Assembly: GCA_965649765.1 (NCBI GenBank)
Contig: OZ287753.1
Location: 77,872,001 to 77,936,000, forward strand
Source: Bispira polyomma
Taxonomy: Eukaryota
Length of the DNA stretch: 64,000 bases
Direction of reading: 5' to 3'
In this document: piece after piece, positions 1 to 11,700 of the stretch
Numbering within the stretch: position 1 is the stretch's first letter
Layout: each line of letters starts with the position of its first letter
The notes under the pieces: generated by a model
What the model saw: the letters and a program-made list of their open reading frames with translations, nothing else
Told to the model about the DNA's origin: nothing
Databases searched by the model: none
Position numbers and translations under genes: made by a program

Positions 1-680
1 TTTCTGTTGTAGATGATTCAGATGTGTTGATAGCATATGTAACGGAAGGCAAACCTTTGCTCCTCTCCTCACCATGGTTATCCATCCATTTTCCTAATTT
101 AATTTGCAAATCACCATTGCCGAGTTGCACACAGCTTTTTGGACATCTTGACACAGAATACCATCATAGACCATAAGAATCCCAAATTATTTCATTATGT
201 ACAAATTTCAACATTGTTTGAAATATGTCTCAATCTTATATTAAAAGTAATAGATTTACTTACCCTGAGATTAGGGATGTTTGGGTCTGCCATGTATAAT
301 TACACAAGTGCAGTGCAAATGTGCTGCAGTTCAGTTCAGTGATGACCCTGAGCCCATGGTTTTTTTGTCTTCCGGAATGACTAACTCTTTAATAACACCT
401 TAATGGTGTATCATACAAATTTTCCTTTGTCACAACTAGGCAACTGGTTTTTTGCAATACAACAAATTGCTAGCACCTATTTTTTCAACTTTAAAGTGTT
501 TGCGGGACCAATATTTAAAGTATGCACCAGTGTCACTTTTTTTCTCCCTTTTGACTAGCCAGTGTACCAACTATCTTATCATATTTATCCTGTGATATAC
601 AACCCTTTTTTGTAAAAACAGCTTGGTGACACTAATTTTTATAACCATTTGTACCTCAAAAATTTTCTTTAGATCTTTGC
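1..680 (-). mobile_element. Decayed Ginger-type (KRBA2/SCAND3-like) DDE integrase fragment with a relic spliceosomal intron; runs off the window edge
   Basis: Minus-strand translation in shifting frames gives AYFKYWSRKHFKVEKIG..VVTKENLYDT..SHSGRQKT, then IIHGRPKHP*SQG|gtaagt (donor near 263), and after about 130 nt CVQLGNGDLQIKLGKWMDNHGEERSKGLPSVTYAINTS. These match recalled KRBA2/Ginger motifs (GHxGRDKT; HGKPRHSQSQGxVERxN; WxxGL). Stops and frameshifts are present. Confidence 0.7.
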
Positions 681-1170
681 TGGTAATCTCCATCAAAGGA
701 TCTAAATATTTATATGTAATTCAACAGTGGTTTTAAAAATTGAGAGGAATTCCAATCACTCCTCACACATCTTGCACATCTTGCATTGTATTCTGTATTC
801 TGTATGCATGCAGTGCACAATGGAAGCAACAGTTCAAAGTTCACTGCTATTTTTATCCTTGTGCTGAAATCTGTTTTACAGTTACCCTGGTTATAATCAG
901 TTACATAGATATGCTGGTAAAATCTCATCAAAGGATTTAAATCTTTACATGTAATTCAACAATGGTTTCAAACATTTGGAGGGAATTGTAATCTCTCCTC
1001 ACACATCTTGTACATCTTCCATAATTGTATTCTGTATGCTAAATCACATCAAAAGATCTAAAATGCATGCAGTGCACAATGGAAGTAATAGTTCAAAGTT
1101 CACTGTTATTTTCATTCTTTGTGCTGAAATCTATATTAAAATTAATCTGGTGGATACAATCAGCTATATA
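679..1170. repeat. Diverged tandem duplication, unit about 235 bp, 2 copies
   Basis: gctggtaa..catcaaagga..tgtaattcaaca..ctcctcacacatcttg..atgcatgcagtgcacaatggaag..gttcaaagttcactg occurs from about 679 and again from about 913. Confidence 0.8.
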
Positions 1171-1179
1171 AAAAACATT

Positions 1180-3520
1180 TAAATTTTAGTTCTTATAATA
1201 AACAGAATTGGATTTTCCACCAACATAAACTTGGTAGAAATTCCTATTTCAATATTTAGCCTATGATTAGAACAACGAAATTTTCTTTGGGCAACTCTAT
1301 ACTTATATATTAACAACAGATATGTATTTTTTAATTTCAAACAAACTTTTATATTTACAATAATAATATAGTTTGTTACAATTGCTAATACTGCCATGCC
1401 ATTCTTGGATGTAGTTGTCTTTAAGCCTTTGCTTAAAAACAGATGTAAATTGTTTAGTATCACCAATACCTTGGTTTATAAATACAATACCAAAGCCATA
1501 TCGAAATAATAAATTTTTTAAGAAAACCCAGTTTTTTCTATCAACTTCACACAGATTATAACTCATATTATAAGCACTTTTTCATAAAGAATTGTCATCT
1601 ATTGTAAGTAACTTTAACAAATATTTTACACATTTCACATAATATGTTACCAACAGTGGAAATCATCCACACTCTCACACCACCGCAACACTAGGTGTGT
1701 GAGAACCAACTCCAAGTAAGTATTTTTATTTTTTTAATATTTTTTTTAATTGGGATATTAACGTCCACTTTAGTACCTGTTTAGGTTATATTGGGACGGG
1801 TAGTTGTAAATGCTGGGGGAAACACTGCATACAGTTAATCAAGATTCTGCACTGAAACCAGCAGCCCACAGTAAGGAACTACCACCTTTCCAACATAGGC
1901 ATTGACGGGAGTCGAACCCACACCAGCCAATCCCAGAGGTAAGAGACCAGTGATTGTGAAGCGCAATAATGACAGAATTTTACTTGAACACTTCAATATC
2001 TTTATACATCTTATATCCCCACACCTCTAATGCATAGGTTATAATTGGAACAACAGTAGTGTCAAATATGTCAAATATAACAGACCACGGAACACCATGA
2101 CATTTACTGATCAGTTCATGTATCATTATTACAGCTCTTTGAGCTTGGTTACTCAGACATTTTGTTCCATATGACTAGTTTAACCTGGATGAGAAAAAGA
2201 GGTCCAGATATTTATAGTATGGCACAACTTCTATCTGTTTAAAATGGAAATACCACTTTTCATAATTTCTAAGTATACCACCATATCTGAATACTACAAT
2301 CTGTGTTTTATTGACATTAATTTTCATACCTGATATAGATGTTTATCTGATGTTGTAATCTCCACACCAAGTCTGAAAACTGAGCTATATCATCAGCATA
2401 CAACAATATCAATAAATTTGAAAAAATTCATCACAAAATATGCCTTTACTGTGCTGTTGATAATTCATTTTAATATAAATATTAAGATAAATAACAAACA
2501 CTAAGGGGCTTAACATACATTACTGACGTGTACCTATGAAACATTAAAAAATTTCATTAGTCTTTTGGGTGCATTAACACATGCAGATAGTTTTTAATAG
2601 ATTGATTTTGCAACTGATAAAAATTTACCATGAATACCTGTTTTTTATCAGCTTATAAAACAATATCTGATGAGGTACTTTGTCAAATGCTTTGGAAAAG
2701 TCTATGAAAATACAATAAAATCTACCACCCGTTTTACATAGATATTTACTAATGACAGTCTGCAGAACAAATATATGGTCCACTGTTCTTTGTGTTGTCT
2801 AAACATGATTTGTTCCTCAAACAATTTATCATTTTCCTCCACCCATTGTTTTAATCTTTCATTTAGTAGTCCAGTGAATATTTTACTCACAACAGAAATA
2901 AGAGATATACCTCTGTAGTTGTTAGGGTCATTTACATCACCCTTTTTAAACAATGGTACAATAATTGCTTGACACCATTTTTCAGGGAAATTACCTAAGT
3001 CAAGGATACAGTTGAATATATCAACTAACATTGGGACTAGAAAAGATGCACTCCTTTCTATCATTTCATTACATATACCATCTACTCCTGCAGCTTTTCT
3101 ATTTGGTAATTTACATATCAATGACTTCATTAATTGTAAACTTTACATTTAAGTCAACAGGGTTATTTCTTTCACACTCATTGCATTTTGTATTGTGATT
3201 TGACAGATCAGACTGCACCATATTAAGGAATTCCTCATTAATAGTATAATCTTAATTTAATAAACCTTTAAAATGTTCATACCATTTAGTACCACCTATA
3301 TTACTTTTATTGACATTAGCTTTATTGCTACAAACTGTTTTTATGAACCTCCAAAAAGCATTCTTATCCTTTCTTACCGCTAACAAGTTATCACATAATT
3401 GCCTTTTATACAAATTTTCTTTACTACCCAATGAACATTTAAACAATTGTTTTGCCTGTAGGTACTATTGCAAGGTATTCATATCTCTTGTATTCCTAAA
3501 TGATCTCAGCAGACTCTGGT
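1180..3520 (-). mobile_element. Degenerate non-LTR retrotransposon (LINE) reverse-transcriptase ORF2 fragment
   Basis: ORF 2702..3130 contains KAAGVDGICNEMI and IIVPLFKKGDVNDPNNYRGISLISVVSKIF. A YADD motif is readable on the minus strand at about 2389-2400, and the C-terminal FRCSNHRLNIEIG lies in ORF 1179..1466. Multiple frameshifts. Confidence 0.9.
1725..1964 (-). mobile_element. tRNA-derived SINE inserted in the LINE
   Basis: The minus strand has a B-box-like GGTTCGACTCCC and an A-rich tail, and its body is shared with the copies at 16322, 27990 and 30510. Confidence 0.7.
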
Positions 3521-4244
3521 TGACTCTGTGGTTTCCTATGATATTTCTTTTGGCGCATATGGCTTACAGCAAACTGAAGCACTGTATTGAGCACATTGAC
3601 AGCATCATTAATGTTCTCATCTGCAAGATGACTGACTATCACCATGAGTGTAGTAGCAGACTACTCGTACTGCAGTTTTTTAAGAAATAGTGGAACATCT
3701 CAGTTTTTCCAGTTAAATTTTAGCTTTTTAAGCTGTCATTGTAGCTTCCTGTATCTACATATGAAATCATTGAAGAGCTGTGTAACATGTAAATAAGATG
3801 GCAGTCACGTTTGCAGGATTTGATTTATTCTTCAGTTTAAAGATTTCTCCCAAGTCTAACTTGATTTGTGCAGATTCTCTAACGGTTAAAAGAATGGCTG
3901 TCACAGCATCAAGTATAATGTTTTGAACGACCTTATTTTAAAAGGCATCCCTTATATGTGATTTATGCCAAGCGAAGCCCACGTGACTTAGCGGGACATC
4001 TTTTGTTTGGTGGAGTTTTGTAAAATCTGAAAAAAGCTTTGATGCAAAAGTTATCTGTACAGTCTCAGGTCAGATTTGGCATACGTCTGCCTTTATAATA
4101 GTGTATTGATTTCTCTTGGTGTACGAATCTTATGTATTGGATCAATTGCACGGTGGGGTGGACATTGGTTCCCCAAAACACTCGGTGCAACGGTGACCCC
4201 CCCTGCAATGTGCTTTTAAGGCTTACTGTTTACACCTACATCAG

Positions 4245-4950
4245 CTCTGGAACGTTAGAGAACTCGGGAACTGTTCCTGAATTCTGCAACCCTCAAGTTC
4301 CTAAATTTTGCAACCCTCAAGTTCCTCAATTCGGAAACGTTTCCAAATTCAATGACCTTGAAAAAATCTATCGTATAAAATTCATGTTTTAAAAACAATT
4401 TCAAATTTTATTGCCATTAATTTACGTACTTGAAACAGTGGTTAATTTAACAACTATTTCTGGATATAATTTTTGTTTTTAAATTTCTCTACAAATTTTT
4501 AGTGAGCTGTAACTTACTTTGGTGTTCCAATGTAACTTCGGGGTATTAAACTACGTACCACAGATGGCGTTTCTGCTTAGTGTTAATAATATTGACAATT
4601 CAAACAATTTATTAGAACAACATTCATTGATGAATAATCCTTTGCATATTGACAAAAAAATAATTTAAAATGGTGAACTTTTAACGTCACTAATGGTGAT
4701 TTGTGCCGAAGTTATATATTCGCCGAAGTTACATAAAACTACGATAATATAACGCAACGATGGATTTTTTTTCGAACAACCCAAAAGTTTTTCATTTAAT
4801 AATGTATATTTCCAAAACAGTTATCATAAATTGCCAATTTGTTTCGTTAACTGCCTAAATTAAAATACTCTCAAAGTTCCCGAATTCAGGAACTTCGGGT
4901 TTGCAGAATTCTGGAACAGTTTCCGCATTCTGCGACATTCCCGAATTCTG
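4245..4950. mobile_element. MITE-like element with long imperfect terminal inverted repeats
   Basis: Left aactgttcctgaattctgcaaccctcaagttcct is the imperfect reverse complement of right aggaacttcgggtttgcagaattctggaacagtt. The core is AT-rich and non-coding. Confidence 0.6.
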
Positions 4951-5778
4951 CTCTTTCTCGAACTGACATGGCAATAAGCCAATTTAGCATTTCGAGTGCG
5001 CATGTATAAATAGATGCATGTGTGCTTTGGAATAAACAAACCCCTAAAAGTGAAAGATATCTAAAACGGATCCCGTATTCAAATTTTGTTAAATTATAAT
5101 TGTTACAACATACACAGGTTGTCATTAACATGTCCGATGTCATTAACTTGTCCTTTTTTTGGAGCTTCTTAAAGCCTAAACAAAGTGGATACATTTATGA
5201 CGTCGGACAATTTGATGACAACCCGTGCACAATTATTGTAAAACTAAACTTATATTTAAGAAGCTCTTGCTAAAACCTTTTGTAAATGCCAAGATTGCCT
5301 ATATTTAAGCTTTTTTTTTAATTGTTTTAATTTATGCTGTGTTAATTTTATTTTGCAATTTGAAGTGGAAAGAAATTGAGGGTATTTTGCGAGATTTGGA
5401 CAAGTTCTTTCGGTATCGCTTACCTTGTGCATCTGTTTATCCTGACTTGGACATGCAAATTCGAAATGCTAAATAAGCTTATTTGATAGGAATCATTTCA
5501 TGGACGCTTTCATAACTTGCTGTACAAACCTTTCAACGAAATTTCGTTTGTAATTTTGTATTTTACAATAATTGTGTTTTGGAGATGTTTTAGCGCTATT
5601 TTAATCTGGGTGGGCGTGAACTGGTACACCTGAGTATAGTCATGGATCATGTTTTCGCCGCAATGGGGTTTTCAGTGTAGAATGTCCTGAAGTATCTCTT
5701 CTGTAATGTACTTGTGAGACGCTACATATGTAAGGTTTTGTGATTTTTCTCCATCTTATTCATTGTAGATTTGGTAAA

Positions 5779-8700
5779 ATGTCGGAAAACATTGATTGGA
5801 AGAAGTGCACAGTTGCAGAATTGAGGGATCACTGTACCAAATATGGACTGGTTGCAACGGGTAAAAAGCAGGAATTAGTGGACAGACTAGATGAACACAA
5901 GGCTAATGAAGTGGTTGATGTCAACGGTGAGTGACTTTAACAGTAGAAATACGAGAAATTCATAGTTGAACTTTTCAGTATGCGTGTTTTCGGCTTTTGT
6001 ATCAAAAATAATATGCAAGACCTTCATGGATTGGTTGAAACCAATTGAGCTGTCCAAAATGGAGGGTCCTAAACTGAGAGGTGTAAGATTTGTAAGTATT
6101 TAGTGGCTTATATCAACGTTAGTGTTATTTCTTACTGCGGCTGTATCTTTTTTTGAAAAGATGACTTTTTTTTTTTTGTGTTGTTATTGTGCATCAACAT
6201 CTTGCAGGAATATAGGTATGGCCTGTGTATATGTCTCAGTTCCAGTATGCTTGTGGGTAAGTTGGCAGTAAACTTGCTGTCTCACCTTAAATAAACTACA
6301 TAAAAATCTAAATATTGGAAGCCTTATCATCAGTGCAGTTTGGTTCTTCGTTTTGCAAATAACATTATAAATCCAATTAGACTTGCTTACAAGTCTTTAC
6401 TGTTGGTGAAGCACTGTATGACTGCATTTTAAACAGTTCCTATTCCATTCAAAAGGTGTCAGCACTGGTGTTTCTATAACTGCCAGCTTCTTTATTTTAT
6501 CCCAAATGTAATCCACACAGGGATATAGAGTAAAAGTCATAATGCCCTCATTGAAGGACCTTGCACAAGGTCTACTCTAGTGGCTATGTTACCACTACAC
6601 ATGAACCTATTGTCCACAGTCTATTTGTACTTTGTTATTTAATAAATAATCAAAAACTAAAGGAGAAAGTTTACATATAATTTAATGCTAGCTGGGGCCA
6701 GACAAAATGTATCCTGCTTATCTACTAAATAATAAATTGCTCTACCTTAAAGGATTTAACTCAAACTTGAAATTTAAAACTTTCATAGGATTAATTATGG
6801 CATTCATGTTTTCAACACTATTAATTTTTTTTTTTTTTAATGACTTTACTACTAAAACTTAAAACAGGTAACAAACATGCTGGCACATTTACAGCCCATC
6901 TCTTGTGTTTACTTTCCCTATCAACAGTATATGTTTCAACAAAAGCATGTAAGGTTAATGGTGAAGTCACCCACTTAGGCCCTTTTAGTTCTTTTAAAAA
7001 CAAGCATGTGGTTTTACTGTTGTCATATAAACAGTATGGGATTTGTGAGTTATACTAAACAGACTGGCAGTCAAAAAAGTTGAGTACGTAATTATTTTTT
7101 CACCGATAGGTGGCTCCATGTATTCCAGGTGAGTGAACAAGGTCCTTCAATCCACACAGGGATATAAGAGTAAAAGTCATAATGCCCTCATTGAAGGACC
7201 TTGCACAAGGTCTAAAATCCAATATGTCCATAGCTTGTGTTTCTTGTTACATTAGACAAAATTCTACTGAAGCCAACAGGGGCGAAAATTCGCAGTCGCC
7301 AAATCGCCAGTGGCGACTTTATTCCGATAAGGACGAGTAAAACGTTTTTCGGGGTCGCCCGGCTGGTGATTTAGATTTAGAGGCGAAAAGACGAAAGCCG
7401 TTTTTGAAGAAGCTTGCTTACTTCCGGTTTTCGCGATGGCTAAACGAAACCACTACACAAATAAAAAACGCATTTTAATTGCTTCAATGCGTGAGCAATA
7501 TACAGGATTCGAAGTCCACGTGTTCTGCAACGTTTTAAAGCAATAAAATACCTTTTATCGGCTTTATTTTATAACATTTCCTTCAATCGCGGATTCGGCA
7601 ATTTGTAAACAAAACAACCAAATATCTCACTCTGCGCAGCTTCTAAAATATTAAACTACAGTGACTGTTTGTCTGCTACATTTTCATTGGTTCAAAATTG
7701 AGGAGTTGTCCTGTGACAACCTGTCAACGACTAGCTTTCTTCTAGCAAATTCCAAGCGCCACCTAGCGAGTGGATTTGTTACCACATAAAAAAATAGTGT
7801 ATAATTTATTCAAACCCTAGCAACCATAAAGGGGAAGTTTTCGTTCTTTGTATTGCACATCAGATGCATTTATCAGACAGCATATATGGTGTGATCTACT
7901 TCCAATATACTTTTTGAAGAATATAAGCCATTTTTATTTGATGAATTTTTATATTGGCTAAATTGCTTACTTTTGTCCCCCATTTGAAATTACATTCCCC
8001 CAGTTTTTCAGTGACAGTGGGTGAGTGCCCCAACATTTTGAAATTCCTAGAATGGACACTGCATATTATATATGGACTTATGGTGAATTTTATGGAAAGA
8101 TACTGGAGTAAGGATTAAGGAATCTAAAATTGGCCACTGTATCTGAAATTGGCCATCTAGAAAATGTTGTGTTTTTGGTAATATTGTGGGTAATATTTGC
8201 TAAAATCAAGATTTTTGTGACTATTTAGTCTTACTTAACCACATTCCAGTTATATTTCACCAGTTTTTATTGATTTAGCTTAACTTTTAGAGGTGGCCAA
8301 TTTCAGATACAGTGGCCAATTTTAGATTCTTTACTCTAAATAGTCCTGATTTTTTTATCATGGATACCGTAATGGCGTATCAGAATTAGAAAATTTGAAG
8401 GGCCACTAAATATTTATACGGGCCACTAAAGTGTAAAAGATACTGGCCCTGCTGGCCACCTTCAGTTTCCAACGAGTCTATGCCCCTGAGCCAATTAAGT
8501 ATCAGTGTGTGAGAGCATCCTGGGGAAGATGTGAACACGCCATTGCGTACTGATAACAATGTAGGCTATGCTGCCGGACACGTGATTGGTTTATTGATAG
8601 AGGTTTTGATTGAAAAGATACCTCACATTTCAATAAATCACATTAACAGTATAACATACAATAATTAAGTCGATGCTCAATACTAATAGCATATAATAAA

Positions 8701-11700
8701 TTCACTCCCCATTGTTTTTTGTGTGGTGTAGAAGAAGCCATGGAAGAAGAGGTGAATGGGGGTGACATGCCCGCAGAGGAGGCGGGGCAGGCTGATGAGG
8801 AGGAGGAAGCAGTGGTCAAGGAAGAGATGGACGTCAAGGAGGATGACGTGAAACAGGAGAAGGAGGAAGAGGAGGTGGAGGAGAAGAAGGAAGAGAAAAA
8901 GGAAGGTCAGCAAAACTTTCTAGTGTTTGATGTGGATTATTGGAAAAAAAGTAGGGGTGAGTCCTGTTACTTGATTAGGGAAAGCGGAGTGAAATTTGCG
9001 ATTCGGTTACTCAAAAATGTGTATGTTTTAAGTTAAAACTCTAATATTATTACCTGTAGTTATAAATGGCTTCAAAACAATAATGTAGGTCTTATTCCTG
9101 CAGGTAATATACTTTTTCCTGTTAATTTCCAATATTCACCAAAGTATTTGGCTTTATTTTTCAATAGATTTCGTTTACATCAGCCGTCAAACTGTTAGAC
9201 TGGTTTCTGAGATTAGGGCATATTAAATTTGCTGGTATCCAGATTTGAAACGGTTTGGTGTTAGCGATTGCTCGGCCGCATTTTCAGTGCCCGCCTCACC
9301 CCCTAAAAATTACCCTTGACAAACCAGTATCTAAAATTCGCCACCCCCTAAAAATATAAGCCAAATTACAATAAAGTGGCGACAAAGCTGCAATTGAGAT
9401 AAAGGCAAAATAGTCACAAAAATCTCAATTTTTCAGCCAATATTACCTACAATTTTACCCCAAAAAGAACATTTTATAGGTGGCGAAGTTTAGATACAGT
9501 ATATCGAATTTTAGATTCCTTACTGTAGTGCCGCTGCCACACTCGCTACTTCCCATACTATTGCTGGCAGGACATGAATCTGGCAAATGTCGAAAGTAAA
9601 TTTGGGATCTTATAGCACATGCATAACACGTAATACACTTTACTAACCTTTTTACACTAATTTCCATGTCTTTTTTTGCCTCGTTATTTACTACTGATTT
9701 TGGTAGATATTTCAAACATAATTGACAGTCCCTTGCTTCATTTCCGTTGGTTACACAGGAACTTATGGGAGAATGCCACCCAGCAAATGTATCTGGGATC
9801 ATACAGTATTTCATATTTGCCATTTTCCTCAGAAAAGGCGCCATGTTTTTTTTTATTTTGATGAAGTGAAGTAGTAAGAATATGTTAAAAACTGAAAATA
9901 ATCTTGTTATTTGTGACTGATAATCTATCATTATTGGTACTCGTTCGGCAAACGTGGGCGATATTCAGCCGAAAATTGCTCTAGCAAGCGTCGGTACTTA
10001 AAATACAAACATTTTACCACGATTGGGGGCATATAAACACACAAAGACGAAGTCTGGGTGTTTCTACAACTCCCAAGAGTGGGGATAACATGTTTACAAT
10101 CCCTGGCTAGGAATGAGTTATTGTCATTCAAAACCCGACAAACTAAAACTTTTACCTGAATCTGTTTTTACTTAGTAATGGTATTGCTTTACTGTGAGAA
10201 ACTAATTAACTAGACATAAGAAATATTGTGGGGGAAATAGTTTCGGGCCGTTCCAACGGTATAATTATAGATTTTAGTCACTTCATCATACTTTATAACC
10301 AATTAAAATTGGTGACGCAAGTTAGTCATAAGACCCTCTTATTAACTGAATATGGTGAGGTTCTTTCAGATAAAAGTGAGTTTATGAAATTAAGTCATGT
10401 TTAAACCCTTAAAAAAAACAATAATTTGGGAGAGTAAGAGATTGTTTGTGTGATTAAAGAGATGTTTGAACAGTAAGTGTTGATTTTGTATCAGTACTTC
10501 ATGGGTTGATATACATGTTACAGGCAATCTGTCAAAGTAGTCATTACACATAAAAATTTCACTGATTTTCCTTAATGCCTTTGACCACTAGTCATTACGA
10601 GTAATGAATAAGGTTTGTGGTCTATAATAAGACAAATTGCTTGAATAGCAATACTACATTATGTGTGATGGTATTACAACTAATATTTCCCCACTGGAAG
10701 CTTTCTGTGCAACAGGTGCAGCGCCAAAAACTCAAGACTGTGCGCCCGAGTCAAAAACGGGAAGCCGTTTACTCGCGAAGTCTTTCTTCTAACACACATA
10801 CATTACAATAATCCATACATAAACCTGAAATTCCATATAATTAAGACACCAAAACTTAATATTTTCACCAATTGCCACCCCTTTCTTTAGTAGCCACGGT
10901 AACTTGTCAACAAACAGCCTCGTTAGGGTTAGGGTTAAATATTTTTTAGCGTGTACTCTGCCAGAGCCTTTAGCCGTCACCCAGGCATATCCAGAGGAGG
11001 AAGAGAGTGACCTGGAAAGCCTGTCCGGTGATGAGGCGGCAGCTCTTGCCCAGAGGAAGAGAAGGCCCAAGGTCCACGTCAGCCTGGGGGATGAGGCGGA
11101 GGAAGTACTTGCCCAGTTCCTCAAGGAGAACCCCATCTTCTACTGCAAGCGTTTGAGGGACTACAAGAACACAGAGAAGAAGAGGCGTCTCTGGGCCGAG
11201 CAGGCTGCGGCTCTGGGGGTGACTATGAGACACCTGGATATCTGGTGGCGGTCCATGAGGACCAGATACGGGAAACTGACCCGAACCACAACCGCGTCGG
11301 GATCTGTAACCAGAGAACGAACTGAGAGGGACCAGTGGATCCTGACAAAGTTGGAGTTCCTGAAGGGCAACATTGCCCGCCATGTCCGCCGGGTCGGCTC
11401 AAATGTAAGTATCATTTTGAACAAGATTTGCATTGATTTGTAACTGGTTTTGTTTTCATCAGATTTGTACAGAAAAGTAATTGAAAGAGTAAATTGAAAG
11501 TAATTGAAGATAGTCTCTAAACAGTGTTATTCAGTAAAATTGTCTAGTATTTTGTTTTGCATGTAATAATACTTTTTCAGCACAGTCCAGAAGTTGCAAA
11601 CATTTTTCAGATCCATTTCTTTTCATTCCAGTGCAGAATTTGAAAATTGTATTATTTTGTAGATTCGTTTATTGCTACAAAGTTTGTTAAATTTTTGCCC

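Noticed and set aside
1880-1964. tRNA-like A/B boxes here and near 16330, 30515 and 31865
   Set aside because: No complete cloverleaf; these are SINE heads followed by a shared SINE body.
10923-10937. TTAGGG repeats resembling an interstitial telomere
   Set aside because: Only about 2.5 units, which is expected by chance.
10970-11433. Minus-strand ORFs overlapping the MADF exon
   Set aside because: Antisense shadows of GC-rich coding sequence with no recognisable motifs.
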